DNA from: a virus
Taxonomy: Duplodnaviria; Caudoviricetes
Strand: one strand, 5' to 3'
Virus record (IMG/VR): IMGVR_UViG_3300032167_000039
Length of the DNA stretch: 64,000 nucleotides
Of this stretch, positions 38,483-50,155 are shown in pieces. The translations under genes and the position numbers were made by a program. The notes beneath the pieces were generated by a model, which was not told the DNA's origin, did no database searches, and saw only the letters and a list, made by a program, of their open reading frames with translations. Each line of letters begins with the position of its first letter. Within the stretch, counting starts at the first letter, position 1.

Positions 38483-39091
38483 GTGAATACTTTAGAAATA
38501 CTTAATAAAATGAATTATGAATCTTATTGTGATTTTTTAATAAAAAAATATGGCCAACCTGATCGACCATATTTTACAAATTCTAATTGTAAATCAAAAC
38601 CAAAAGAAAATTCAAGAACCAAGGAAGGATTATGTATACACCACATTTGGGAAGACCAAATTATTCGATTAAGTGATCCTAGGATTGCTAAAATGATGCC
38701 ATTTGAACTACAAATGCCAAAAAATTTATTGTATTGTGATTATGTTGAACATTTAATTCTTCACATTAAAATTACAGAAGAATCAGATGGAACAGAATTG
38801 TTTAAGGTTGGTGTAGGAGGGGTTAAGTTGCTAATCCCTACCATTAATGATTTTTTGTGTAAAGAATATACTTGTTGGAGACAATGGCCTTCTAAGGTCG
38901 TAAAATCAAAAGAAGAGGATTATATGGTTATCTTAAAATATCTCTTAAGACATCCTTTTAGATACACTAAATTTAAGGATATATCAAACACAACTTTTTT
39001 ATCCTCCAGTTATAGCGGAGAAACATATAATAAGATTTTAGAACAAATTAGACCTAACCGAGAGTTTTTAAATAAAGTGCAATGGGATTGA
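38483..39091 (+). CDS. Hypothetical protein, possible HNH-like
   Basis: GLCIHHIWED..NL.YC...EHLILH. Confidence 0.5.
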   Translation: MNTLEILNKMNYESYCDFLIKKYGQPDRPYFTNSNCKSKPKENSRTKEGLCIHHIWEDQIIRLSDPRIAKMMPFELQMPKNLLYCDYVEHLILHIKITEESDGTELFKVGVGGVKLLIPTINDFLCKEYTCWRQWPSKVVKSKEEDYMVILKYLLRHPFRYTKFKDISNTTFLSSSYSGETYNKILEQIRPNREFLNKVQWD

Positions 39092-39193
39092 AAATAAATA
39101 AATAAATGGCATTATTTTCTTTAATATTTGATTTTTTTCCTTCCAATTTGAAGTCTAATTATTATAGAAAATGAGAGAAAAGAGGTTGTAAAT

Positions 39194-39445
39194 ATGATTT
39201 ATTCTAAATTAGAAGAATGTCCCGTCTTAAGAACAGAAATTGAATTGATTGCGTTCTTTCGACACAAAGGATTGTATATGTGTCATGCATATTATAAAGA
39301 CCATACAGAACGATTTAATTTCTACTTGACAGAGAAAAATGAATTTCTTACAAAAGGACAAGCAAGGAAGAGATTACAAGAATTATTTCCAAATGCAATA
39401 ATTAAGAAATTTGTAGTACCTCGAAATTCGAGAAGTTGTTATTAA
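39194..39445 (+). CDS. Hypothetical protein
   Basis: ORF with SD. Confidence 0.55.
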   Translation: MIYSKLEECPVLRTEIELIAFFRHKGLYMCHAYYKDHTERFNFYLTEKNEFLTKGQARKRLQELFPNAIIKKFVVPRNSRSCY

Positions 39446-39470
39446 ATATTTTTAAGAAAGGAAAAGAATA

Positions 39471-40124
39471 ATGGAATTAAAATGTTTATCAATTATTACA
39501 AATTTTGGGTGTCATTATAAGTGCCCTTATTGTATTGTAAAAAAGAATGGTATCAACATTCCAAAAACAACAGTGAAATCTCTTGATACTCTATTAGAAA
39601 CTTATAAATCAGGAGGATATGATTACATTTCAATTTCAGGTGGCGGCGATCCGATGTTTGAATTTGATAAACACAAAGATTTTTATGATAGATTGTTTTC
39701 GATTTGCAGAGAAAATGATATAAAAATCGAGCTTCACACTTCTTACATCAAAGAAATTGAAAATAAACTTCCTCTTGAATTATTTAATAGAATTGTTTTT
39801 CACTGCAATACAATTGATGATGTTTTTGAAGCGGAACAGACGGATTGTAGAGACATTCTTAAAAGAGTGGTTTTTGTTATAGAAGACAGAATGACTATTG
39901 ATTATTTACTGACTATTCGTAATGTTGTTAACAATAGTAAAACAATTGATCAATTGTCTTTTAGACAAAGAGTAGATGAAAATTACAATATTTCATATCA
40001 TTTACATGACGCCTTAAAAATGGGACACTTATATAAACAATGGTATTATATCGAACAAGCGGATTACAATACCTACTTCGTAGATGGGCAAACTAAGAAA
40101 AAATATGAGGATTTTAAGAAGTAA
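39471..40124 (+). CDS. Radical SAM protein
   Basis: CHYKCPYC, ISGGGDP. Confidence 0.85.
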   Translation: MELKCLSIITNFGCHYKCPYCIVKKNGINIPKTTVKSLDTLLETYKSGGYDYISISGGGDPMFEFDKHKDFYDRLFSICRENDIKIELHTSYIKEIENKLPLELFNRIVFHCNTIDDVFEAEQTDCRDILKRVVFVIEDRMTIDYLLTIRNVVNNSKTIDQLSFRQRVDENYNISYHLHDALKMGHLYKQWYYIEQADYNTYFVDGQTKKKYEDFKK

Positions 40125-40135
40125 TTGGAGGCAAT

Positions 40136-40810
40136 ATGAATAGAACATTTATTACAGGAGATCTTCATCAATCAATTGACATCTGTAAACTTGCAGTTCG
40201 TCGTTTTCCGATTCAAAAAGAATTGGATAAGTCTGATGTTATGATTGTTTGTGGCGATGCGGGATTGGTGTGGGATGGTTCTAAAGAAGATAAATATTGG
40301 CAGGAATGGCTTGATGAAAGAAATTTTACTACTTTTTGTTGCCTTGGAAATCATGAGGGTTATAATCTTATTAACGATTATCCCATTGTAGAAATTTTTG
40401 GCGGCAAGGCTCGTGAAATTCAGCCATCTGTTTTTTATGCTATTGGTGGAGAAATTTATACAATTAATGGAAAGAAAATGCTTTTTATTAATGGTGCGGA
40501 TAGCCATGATAAGGAGTGGAGAACTGAGGGTAAGTCCTGGTGGCCGCAGGAACAGATTACTTCAATAGATATTTCCCATGCACTTTACAATCTTGAACAA
40601 CATGATTTTTATATTGATTACATTATTTCTCACACTGGTGGCAGTGAGGTTTGTAGACAATTAGGTTTTGCGCCCACCGTAAGTGATAAAATGTTGGACA
40701 AGGCTCTTGAGACGGCACGGTATAGCGAACATTATTGTGGACATTATCACGTTGATAAATGGGTCGGAGACAGTCGTATTATTTATGATGATATTTTAGA
40801 ACTACGCTAA
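40136..40810 (+). CDS. Calcineurin-like metallophosphoesterase
   Basis: GDLH, GD, GNHE, SH, GHYH. Confidence 0.9.
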   Translation: MNRTFITGDLHQSIDICKLAVRRFPIQKELDKSDVMIVCGDAGLVWDGSKEDKYWQEWLDERNFTTFCCLGNHEGYNLINDYPIVEIFGGKAREIQPSVFYAIGGEIYTINGKKMLFINGADSHDKEWRTEGKSWWPQEQITSIDISHALYNLEQHDFYIDYIISHTGGSEVCRQLGFAPTVSDKMLDKALETARYSEHYCGHYHVDKWVGDSRIIYDDILELR

Positions 40811-40875
40811 TACTTGACTTTTTCTCCAATCTATGATATAATAATTATAGAAAAGTGAGAAAGAGGTAGGAAGAA

Positions 40876-41981
40876 ATGAGTAATGTAAGTAAAGTATTGG
40901 CAGAGCAAACGCTCGCAAAAAAGTTCGACTTCATTATGTTTATTGTAAACGAATTCGGAGAAGAGAAGTGCCAAACAAAAAAGGAAACAAAGAAAAAGTT
41001 TCTTGCAAGTTTTGGAGATAGTGATAGTTTTCGTGTAAAACTTGTTGATCGTTATCCCGAAATAATGGAGAATGATATCTTTTATATCGCAAAGAATGGC
41101 AAGGCAGTATGGATTAGAGAGGAGCTTGAGTAATGGCGAGAGTAAAGATTACAGACGAAGTGATTGAGCAGATTAATGAGCTTTACTGTGAGCTTAAGGT
41201 TAAATCTCATGTTGCCAAAGCTCTTGGAATTTCTGCTTCAACCGTAAGTAAGTATATCGTCCCAAATTATATCTGTAAAGCAGATAGAGTTGTTGAAGCG
41301 TTTAGCGGCCGCCCCAGCATAATTTCTATGGATAAGATTGCGTCATTTGACGGGGCGGCGCACTTGGGATATTTCCTTACTCATATTATGGACGATGAAA
41401 AGGAAGACATGGAGAAACTCCAGAAAGGAATTTTTATATGAGAGCATTTATGGTTAGTGAAGCTTGTAATGAAGGCGAATATATGGTGAGACTTACAGAT
41501 GAAATGTTCTCTCTGATGGGATGTCAGTCTGGAAGTTTTAACATTGTAGCGGCGAGAATTTTGGGATTTAGTTATCCTGACTATCTTCGATATGTGAGAG
41601 ATAATCACAATGCAATACTTAAGGGGAAGCAAGGCTATTCTTATGCGATTTATAAGGATAGAAAAGATTGTGTTGCAGTTGTAACATTGCTCAATGATAC
41701 TTGGAGAAAAGTTGAGGCGGCGATTATTAGTAAGATGAATGAGGTGACGAAAGGAGAGAATGGTTAATACATTAACAAGAATTGAATCGTGCATTGCTGA
41801 GCGCTCTTTCATTATTCCTGTTGGTAATAGCAAAGGGATTTCTCCCGAAGATATTGTACAAACAGTTTACATTGATCTCGCGACAGGGCGGCCCTATCAG
41901 GATGGTGCATTTGTTGCAAAAGGCGAAACATTTTGGAAGTGGACTCGTTCTGATGCTTGTAATGACAACATACCAGAGTAA
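40876..41981 (+). other. Operon of four small CDS (40876-41133, 41133-41441 HTH-like, 41438-41767, 41760-41981)
   Basis: Overlapping start/stop codons after a sigmaA promoter. Confidence 0.6.
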
Positions 41982-41999
41982 GAGAAAGGAGAAAAGGAA

Positions 42000-43346
42000 T
42001 TGAATGGAACGATAATTTATTGTAGATTTGAAACTGCAAAGGGAGAGTTTAATGAGCACACAAAAGAATATGCTTATTATGTTGCGGCGAGTCCTGAAGA
42101 TTGTATAATTAAAGAAGGAACTATCTTCAAAGTATGGAATATGGACAAAAATATACCAGAATATAACGGCACAAGGTTGCGATGCGACAGAATTGTTGGC
42201 GTAGAGAATAAAGCAGATGCAGAACTTCTGGAAAGCAAGTCACTTAAGACTATTGAGAGGATTAAGATTGCTGGAGAAAAAGTTTCAACAAATAAAAAAT
42301 ATATTAATCCATGGGTTTTAAATAAAATCGAAGACAATATGATAAAAACAATTGGAACAAAGAGTGCTGGTTTTACTCTTGGTGAAGCTGGTAAAGGAAA
42401 GGGTTTTACTTTTGGCGAAGAAATAATAGGCTTTACCCCTACTGGAGATGCGATTGATGCGATTGATGTATCAAAGGGAATTATCTCATATGATAAGATT
42501 GATGATACTGGCTATGCTTATAGTTGTGATGAAAATAAAATAAATACAATTAATTCAGGAGGAAATAATATGAATACAAATATGTTTGGCAATATGTTTA
42601 AGAATATGAAGTTTGGTAAAATTAAGACCGATGAAATCAAGTATTCAATGAAAGGAATCGCTATTGAGACAAATGATCATGACTATGTATGTTATAATCC
42701 TGATCTTACTTTTACCAATGTTGGCAATATGGTAATGGATATTCCAGTTTTTGCAATGCCTGTTAGCAAGGAGCAGATTAAGATTGGTGATGTAATTAGA
42801 CATAATGATCTTTGGGTAATCGTGAACTCTGTAACGCCCACTGAAATTAAGGTTGCAAGACCTTATACCAGAGAAATTGTAAGCGTAATTCCTGAGACTT
42901 CTATCTTTGGTTTTAGCTTCTACACAAAGGTAATGAATCCTTTTGAGAACCTTGGTGCTACTGCAACTGCTGATAATCCTTTTGGTAATATGCTTCCTTT
43001 TATGCTTATGAGTGGCGGCGATACTAAGAATTCTGATGATATGCTTATGATGATGCTTGCCTTTGGCGGCGGGAAGATTGATTTTAGTAATCCTATGATG
43101 ATGTATATGCTTATGGGAGATAAGAGTAATACAAATGATATGCTTATGATGATGATGCTCAGTGGCAACAACCCTTTTGAGCAGAAGCATGAGTGTAAGT
43201 GTGGTTGTAAAGCAGGAGATTATGTTGTTACTCCAAATAATTCTATTGATCCTTACTTTGGGGTAGACTGTGATTGGACACAGTTTGTGCCGACGAATGA
43301 GATTAAGATTGATGAAAGTGCTATGGATATTGAAACAGATAAGTAA
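42000..43346 (+). CDS. Hypothetical protein with Met-rich C-terminal half and in-frame internal start at 42570
   Basis: GGAGG SD before ATG 42570; poly-Met runs. Confidence 0.6.
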   Translation: MNGTIIYCRFETAKGEFNEHTKEYAYYVAASPEDCIIKEGTIFKVWNMDKNIPEYNGTRLRCDRIVGVENKADAELLESKSLKTIERIKIAGEKVSTNKKYINPWVLNKIEDNMIKTIGTKSAGFTLGEAGKGKGFTFGEEIIGFTPTGDAIDAIDVSKGIISYDKIDDTGYAYSCDENKINTINSGGNNMNTNMFGNMFKNMKFGKIKTDEIKYSMKGIAIETNDHDYVCYNPDLTFTNVGNMVMDIPVFAMPVSKEQIKIGDVIRHNDLWVIVNSVTPTEIKVARPYTREIVSVIPETSIFGFSFYTKVMNPFENLGATATADNPFGNMLPFMLMSGGDTKNSDDMLMMMLAFGGGKIDFSNPMMMYMLMGDKSNTNDMLMMMMLSGNNPFEQKHECKCGCKAGDYVVTPNNSIDPYFGVDCDWTQFVPTNEIKIDESAMDIETDK

Positions 43347-43439
43347 AATTAAAAGTCAACTCTCAAAAGGGAGTTGACTTTTTCTATATTTTATGGTATA
43401 ATTATTATAGTAAATGAGAAAAAAAGGAGTGATGTATAA

Positions 43440-44363
43440 GTGGCTGCGATTATCGAAATGTTAATCGGGCTTCCTTAGCCTGGTTGCGGTAAATCAACAT
43501 ATGCAAAAAATCTTATGAAGCAGAATCCCAATATTGTAGTTGTATCTTCCGATGCAATTCGCAAGGAGCTTTATGGTTCTGAAGAGGATCAGTCTCATAA
43601 TCAGGAGGTCTTTAACGAAGTTTTCAAAAGAACTTGCGCTGCGATTAAGAATAATAAGCATTGTATTATTGACGCAACTAATCTTTCTCGTAAGCGTAGA
43701 ATTGCTTTTCTTAAGCAGTTCAATAACTGCGAGAAGAGAGCTACTGTATTTGCAATCCCTTTTGAGGTTTGTTGTGAGCGTAATAATTCTCGTGAAAGAA
43801 CTGTTCCTCAGTATGCAATGGATAGAATGTATCGCTCTTTTGAGCCGCCGCACTGGGCAGAGGGATTTGATTTTATTGAAGTAATTCATTATGAGAACCC
43901 GGCCCTTTCTATTGAAGACGTGCTTGCAGAGAATATCAAGTGTGAACACGATAATCCCCATCATTCTCTTAGCTGTGGAAAGCATTGTCTTGCCGCAGAG
44001 GAAGCCGCAGGAATTATTTGTGAGAATGAATATTGGGATTCAGTAACGACTCATCTCATTGCCAAGGCAGCACGCTATCATGATATGTCTAAGTATAAGT
44101 GTAAGGTATTTCATAATATGAAGGGCGAACCTACAGATATTGCTCATTACTATAATCATGAGAATGTTTCTGCATATGACTATATGGCATATGAGGCGGG
44201 GATGGAGCCGGAGTATGATACAATTGTTATTGCAAACTTGATTGCAAATCATATGGTATTCTATACTGGTGAAGCGGCAATCCAGAAGAGAAGAGATATT
44301 TATGGAGTAGGATTTTGGTCAATGCTCGAGGTTTTGAATAGAGCCGACAGGGCAGCGCACTAA
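43440..44363 (+). CDS. Polynucleotide kinase (AAA_33) + HD domain, with in-frame TAG in the P-loop
   Basis: SD+GTG 43440, MLIGLP*PGCGKST, SSDAIR, IIDATN, HD, HE. Confidence 0.85.
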
Positions 44364-44521
44364 GGAGGTTTAAATGAAAACATATAGAGTTACACTGACA
44401 TACCTTATGGAACTTGAAGTTCCTGATGAATATGAAAAGAATGATATTTATAATCAGGCAGTAACTGAAATTGCCGCAGACTTGTGGCTTCCTAATGATT
44501 GTAAGATTGAGGTAGTAGAAA

Positions 44522-45621
44522 ATGAAAATATGGAATAAATTTAAAGTCTGGATCATACATAAATTTGGCGGCAAGACACAAGAGGAATATGACATTGATA
44601 TAAAAAATTTTAAAGCAGAGTACGATATGGCGCACCCTGCCGCAGTCCGCTATGTTGATCGCTATCCTCGAAAAGAAATCTTTAAATATGATTTTATCAT
44701 ACCAAATGAATCTGTATATGATATGGATGAATTTAGAGTCTCAGAAGAGGCTTGTAAAATAAGAAGGGATATTATTTTTGGAATTGCCGAAGCATTATTT
44801 GATGGAGGTTATGTTCATTTTGAAGAGAATATAGATTTTCTTCATTATGAGAAGAATATGAGAGCAACTTTATGTATTCTTAAATGGGAGGAATAAAAAT
44901 GGGAGTACTTTATTGTTATAACGCAGAGATTGGATATCATATTTATGATTCTGTTTATGATTATCTTGTCGATGTAATTAATGAAGATTATATCAATGAA
45001 ATCCTTGACGATTGTTATGAAGATGTTGAAATTCCTATTGTTGGAATAAAGAAAATGAGAGATATTATTGAAGCATTTAACTACATGGATTATTTAATTG
45101 AAGGAGAAATTGAAACAAAGGAAGATGAAATCATTGGTTGCCTAGAAGGCGGCGATGATACCTATGAATTCATGAGTGATATTCTGTCTTTTAGTGAAGA
45201 AAAGTTGAGAGCTGAAGTAGAAGGTAGTTGACATTTTTCATGGAATGTGATATAATATTTATAGAAATTAAGAAAAGGAGAAACTTATATGAAACATTAT
45301 CATTGCTACGAAGCAAGCGAAATTGCTCGTATTTTTGATGTTGATATTGAGGATATTAGAATTCTGTTTCATGAAAATGGACAAACTTTTGACCTTGTAG
45401 ATTTAGATTCTTTTGAGGATATAACTCTTGATGAAGCAAATCTTGTTTTAGAAGACGCAAGGGATGAGGGCAAATGTTCATTAAACTGTAAAAACTGTAA
45501 AGATGAAACATGTGAATATAGAAACTATATTAAGATTGCAAGACTGGGTGAAAAAATTCTTAAAGCATGGATGGATGGTAAAATTATTAATCCATATTTT
45601 TTAATTCAGTGGGATTATTAA
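44522..45621 (+). other. Three hypothetical CDS (44522-44896, 44899-45231, 45289-45621)
   Basis: ORFs with SD/promoter. Confidence 0.55.
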
Positions 45622-45642
45622 TTATTAAAAGGAGAGATTTGT

Positions 45643-46719
45643 ATGCTTAATTTGCAGACTTTTATTCGTGAAAATGAAAACTGGAGAGAGCTTATTTCTG
45701 AGAAGCCCTATTGCATTAAGGTAACTGAAAAGGAAGATCTGGTCTGCTTTAAGTATTCTCAGATTGATTCCGATTTTAAGGAGCCTTTGGTAAGAGAGTG
45801 CCGCGGCATTATTCTTGAAAAGGATACTTGGAATGTAGTGGCCTATGCTTTCAATAAGTTCGGTAACTATGGAGAGTCTTACGCAGACGAAATCGACTGG
45901 GCTTCTGCTCGTGTTCTTGAAAAGGTAGATGGCTCTCTTATTAAGGTTTATTTCCATAATGGCGCTTGGTGTGTAGGTACCAATGGAACCATTGATGCAA
46001 GCGATGCAGAACTTTCTGCGCCGCCCTATGAAACCTTTATGGAATTATTCGATGTTGCGGCAGATGTGTGCGGTCTTGATTATGATAGACTTGATCCTCA
46101 TTATACCTACATCTTTGAACTTCGTTCTCCTTACAATAAGGTTGTAGTACCTTATGAAGATATTCGTATCGTCCATATCGGTACTCGTAACAACATTACT
46201 TATGAGGAAGTGGAGGTAGATATTGGTATTGAAAAGCCTAAGCAGTATATGCTTTCTTCTCTTGATGATTGTATTGCTATGGCGGCGACTTTTGACTTTA
46301 CACAGGAAGGCTTTGTCGTAGTTGATAAGAACTATCATCGTGTCAAGGTTAAATCTGAAGATTATGTTCGTGTACATCGTCTTGCCAATAACGGCTCTAT
46401 TACACTTGAAAAAGCGATTGACCTTATTCGTACAAATGAACTGGAAGAATTTCTTGTATATTGCCCTCAGTATACAGATTTTATCAATAATGTTCGTCTT
46501 CGTCTTGATAAATTCCATTCTGATATTTATTTTAATGTTAATATGGCACTGATCGAAAAAATGGATTGTGAAACTCGTAAGGATTTTGCGGCGGTAGCGA
46601 AAACCTTTAAGTATCCTATGGTATGGTTTAAAGTTTATGAAACAAAGTCTTTTGATATTGATGCATGGATTAACTCTTTAACTACAGCAAAGCTAGCTAC
46701 ATATCTTGAAAAGTATTAA
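45643..46719 (+). CDS. T4 Rnl1-type RNA ligase
   Basis: RECRGIIL, KFGN, EKVDGS, FEL, EGFVV, RVKVK. Confidence 0.9.
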   Translation: MLNLQTFIRENENWRELISEKPYCIKVTEKEDLVCFKYSQIDSDFKEPLVRECRGIILEKDTWNVVAYAFNKFGNYGESYADEIDWASARVLEKVDGSLIKVYFHNGAWCVGTNGTIDASDAELSAPPYETFMELFDVAADVCGLDYDRLDPHYTYIFELRSPYNKVVVPYEDIRIVHIGTRNNITYEEVEVDIGIEKPKQYMLSSLDDCIAMAATFDFTQEGFVVVDKNYHRVKVKSEDYVRVHRLANNGSITLEKAIDLIRTNELEEFLVYCPQYTDFINNVRLRLDKFHSDIYFNVNMALIEKMDCETRKDFAAVAKTFKYPMVWFKVYETKSFDIDAWINSLTTAKLATYLEKY

Positions 46720-46801
46720 GGCATAGGATAACTATGCCTCTTGACTTTTTCTATAAAATATGTTATAATATATATAGAAAGTTAAGAAAAGGAGAACATT
46801 T

Positions 46802-47509
46802 ATGACACTTACTAATGAAAAGATTGAGTTTCTTTATCGTTTCCTTGATAAGGTTTTTGAAGGAATGGGCGATTGTCTTTATATTTCAGATTGTGATACT
46901 GGAATAACCGATTTAATGACTTCTACAGAGCATCAAACTGTTATAGACTATTCTCAAATTGAAAGTGGCGAGTTTGAAGGAGTTAAATTTGATGGCTTCT
47001 TTGGATGTACAAAAGCTGTGTTTTTGTTTGAAGGCTGGAATATTGTAATTAAGATTCCTTACAATGGAAATTATTGTTTTGATTATGAGACAGATAATCC
47101 TATTTTCACCGAAATGCCTAATCACATTATTATGGAAGATGAAATTTATGAAGAAGCTTCTGATAATATGAGAAAAATTCTTTTAAAAAATGAATATCTT
47201 TTTAATTATAATAATTTAGAAGTTTATGCCCAGCCAGCAATCGCAGAAACAGAAAGTAATAGAGTACATTCTATTTTAACTCCAGAATTGCTGAATAAAG
47301 TGCAAGCGGCTCGAGATTCAAGACCTTATGGTTATAAAAGTCCGGGTAATCATTTCTTGGCTGCGATTATGCTGCAATATCCTGATACTTATGAAGATAT
47401 CTTTGATGAACTTTGCAATATTGAAGATTTGCATTGTGATAATTATGGCTATCTTGCAAATGGAATGGTAGCAATTCATGATTATGCTGGTTTTAGTGAG
47501 TGCATTTAA
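46802..47509 (+). CDS. Protein-kinase-like fold protein
   Basis: G.TK.V, VIKIP, E, DLHCDNYG, HDYAG. Confidence 0.55.
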   Translation: MTLTNEKIEFLYRFLDKVFEGMGDCLYISDCDTGITDLMTSTEHQTVIDYSQIESGEFEGVKFDGFFGCTKAVFLFEGWNIVIKIPYNGNYCFDYETDNPIFTEMPNHIIMEDEIYEEASDNMRKILLKNEYLFNYNNLEVYAQPAIAETESNRVHSILTPELLNKVQAARDSRPYGYKSPGNHFLAAIMLQYPDTYEDIFDELCNIEDLHCDNYGYLANGMVAIHDYAGFSECI

Positions 47510-47576
47510 ATTCTAATGAGTTGACATTTTTATTAAAATGTGATATAATTATATATGTAAGGTTGAGAAAGGAGTA

Positions 47577-48093
47577 ATGACTATGAGTTTTGATTATAAT
47601 CCTCAGGTAGAAGATATGACAGAATACGAGGAGTATCTTGCTATGAAGCAGTATTATGATGAAATGGAGTCTGCTGTTAAATTTGCTGTAACACAACTTA
47701 TCGGTTACAAGAGAGTTGTTAGTTATGCGGCTTATGAGGCGGCGGTACAGGAGTCTTGGAGAGAGTCTGATGTAGAAATGAGAGATTTTCTTGCGGGCTT
47801 TGGCATTACTACTTGTGAAGACTTTGAAATTTATATTGCAGGAGTGGAACTTGGAATGAAGATTGGAGGTAACTATGGCGGCGAAGGATAAGCAGGGAAA
47901 GTACAAGGATTATGTTCCCTATGAGAAGTCGAGTAAGAAAGAGAAGAAGCGTCGTGATAGTGAGAAGCGAAACACTTGGGAAATTCCACCTTATACAAAG
48001 GTAGAACCCGACAAGAAAAAGAAGAAAGACCGAAGAGATAAGAGGAAGAGGGATAGATATTACGATGATGAATGGTGCGATGACTACGATTAA
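47577..48093 (+). other. Two small CDS (47577-47891; basic 47875-48093)
   Basis: Promoter, SD. Confidence 0.55.
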
Positions 48094-48185
48094 AGAATTT
48101 TCTTGGCGACTAAATACTTTCTGTCCTTATTGGACAGAAACACTTGCACTATTCATTAACTGGATTTGCGAAAGGAGTTAAGAAA

Positions 48186-49124
48186 ATGAGTGAGATGAAG
48201 AAGTATGTAGATATTGAAAGAGTTAAGGAGTCTTATGCTTCTACTTTTGAAGAGGGAGAGAATATTGTAATTCAGGTTAAGATCGATGGCTCCAACGCAT
48301 CTATCGCATATGACGAGGAGAACGACTGTCTTGTGGCATTTTCTCGCCGCCAAAAGCTCAATGAGCAGAACATACTCAATGGCTTTTGGAATTGGGTTCA
48401 GACGCTCAATGTAGAGCATTTTAAGAAGATTCTTGGCACTCGTTATATCATTTTTGGCGAGTGGCTTACGCCCCATAGTGTAAAGTATCCCGAAGATATG
48501 TATAAGAAGTTCTATATGTTTGATGTGTGGGATAAGGAAACAGAGCAGTATCTCCCACAGGAAGATGCACTTAATATTTATGATGCTCTCCACTATTATC
48601 TCCCTCATTATGTTTGGACGCTTTATAGTGGTCCTTTCGTATCTTGGGAACATACCCTTGGTTTTCTTAAGGAGAATATCTATGGTGAGTCTCCTTGTAT
48701 GGAGGGTATCGTAATTAAGCGTCAGTCTAAGCTGTGGTCTAAGTCTTCTCGCTTGCCTTACTATGTTAAGATTGTAAATGAGAAGTTTTCTGAGGTTCAT
48801 AGCTCTAAGCCTAAGGTAATTGACCCCGCAAAGCTCGCGGCAAAGGAAGCTGAGCAGGCGGCAGTAGCAGAGATTGTTACAAAGCGTCGTTGCGAAAAGC
48901 AGATTCAGAAGTTTATCGAAGACGGTATTATCCCCGAGGATTGGGGCGGCGAGTCTATGAAGGAAATTTCTAAGCGTTTGCCTAAGGCTATCTATGAGGA
49001 TTGTCGTAAGGAAGAGCCTGAGATTGTGGCGGCGAACGAGAACTTCGGTAAGATTTGTGCAAGTCTTGCTATGAAGCATGCTCGTGAAATGCTTGATGAT
49101 AAGTCTAAGTTTTTAGGGACTTGA
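48186..49124 (+). CDS. Rnl2-type RNA ligase
   Basis: KIDGSN, FGEW, FDV, EGIVIK, K..NEKFSE. Confidence 0.88.
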   Translation: MSEMKKYVDIERVKESYASTFEEGENIVIQVKIDGSNASIAYDEENDCLVAFSRRQKLNEQNILNGFWNWVQTLNVEHFKKILGTRYIIFGEWLTPHSVKYPEDMYKKFYMFDVWDKETEQYLPQEDALNIYDALHYYLPHYVWTLYSGPFVSWEHTLGFLKENIYGESPCMEGIVIKRQSKLWSKSSRLPYYVKIVNEKFSEVHSSKPKVIDPAKLAAKEAEQAAVAEIVTKRRCEKQIQKFIEDGIIPEDWGGESMKEISKRLPKAIYEDCRKEEPEIVAANENFGKICASLAMKHAREMLDDKSKFLGT

Positions 49125-49182
49125 CTTTTTAAATAAATTATGATATAATTATTTTATAATAAGAATAAAGGAGGAATTTATT

Positions 49183-49638
49183 ATGGAAACAAAGGTTTAT
49201 GTATGTCCTGAGTGTGGTAGAAAGTATGGTGATTTGGCTAAGGTGCAGTCTTGTATTTCTAATCATCTTGCAGATGCTAAGGCAAAGGAAGATGCAGAAA
49301 AGGCAAAGAGAGAGAAGGAGATTGAAGTACTTCAGCTTCAGAATGCAAAGCTTATCGAGCAGGTTCGAGAGAATTGTAGAAAGCTTCGTGGTCTTGGTGT
49401 GAGTGCATCTGTAACTTATCTTGAAAATGTTGGTACAAAGACAACAAGAGTTAATGTCAAGGAAGATCCAATTCCTACTTGTGCAAAGGAGAACGTAAGA
49501 AATAAGGAAGATGCTTTGAGTAAGTTTCTTGTAGAGCTGATCGAGCTTGAAAAGAGCTTGGAAGCAAAGATGACTCCCGAAGAGAAGAAGGAAGCTGAAG
49601 ATGCTGAAAAGCTTCTTAAGACTATGTTCGGATTTTAA
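49183..49638 (+). CDS. Zn-finger/coiled-coil protein
   Basis: YVCPECG..C..H. Confidence 0.55.
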   Translation: METKVYVCPECGRKYGDLAKVQSCISNHLADAKAKEDAEKAKREKEIEVLQLQNAKLIEQVRENCRKLRGLGVSASVTYLENVGTKTTRVNVKEDPIPTCAKENVRNKEDALSKFLVELIELEKSLEAKMTPEEKKEAEDAEKLLKTMFGF

Positions 49639-49673
49639 TCTTCTTATAAATTCAAAGAAAGGAGGTTAAGATT

Positions 49674-50135
49674 ATGATGAATTGGAAACCAGTTATGGAC
49701 GCTCTGCCAGATAATGACAGAGAAGTCCTTTGTATGCTTGAGGATTATCCTGACCCCGTTATGGGGTATTTTCTTGATGGTAAATGGATAACAGATATCC
49801 CTGATACTGAAGTTATTTCTTGGTGTGAAACGCCACCTCGCTACAAAGAACGAGCATTAAATTTTCGTTCTGCATGGGAAGCCCATCATCTTGCAAGCAA
49901 AATTAAAACAACAGGCAAGGCAGCGGAAGACGATTTTAAGACAATGTTTTATCATGTTCGTGGTCGAATTTATGATGCATCAACAGATGGTTTGTTTTCA
50001 ATCGTCATTAATTACCCTCCAAGAGAGGATATTGTACAAATGCTACAAGAAAAAGGTTTTCGAGTGGAAACCTACGATACAAAATTTGATATTTCTTGGC
50101 TTAATCCAAAAGGCCAGCCGAGAATTAATGATTAA
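49674..50135 (+). CDS. DUF551-like protein
   Basis: WKPV..LP...VISW. Confidence 0.5.
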   Translation: MMNWKPVMDALPDNDREVLCMLEDYPDPVMGYFLDGKWITDIPDTEVISWCETPPRYKERALNFRSAWEAHHLASKIKTTGKAAEDDFKTMFYHVRGRIYDASTDGLFSIVINYPPREDIVQMLQEKGFRVETYDTKFDISWLNPKGQPRIND

Positions 50136-50155
50136 GTATAAAGGAGAATAAATAA

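Noticed and set aside
36673-49079. Long minus-strand ORFs (36673-37422, 48156-49079 and others)
   Set aside because: Antisense shadows of codon-biased + strand genes, with no SD or motifs
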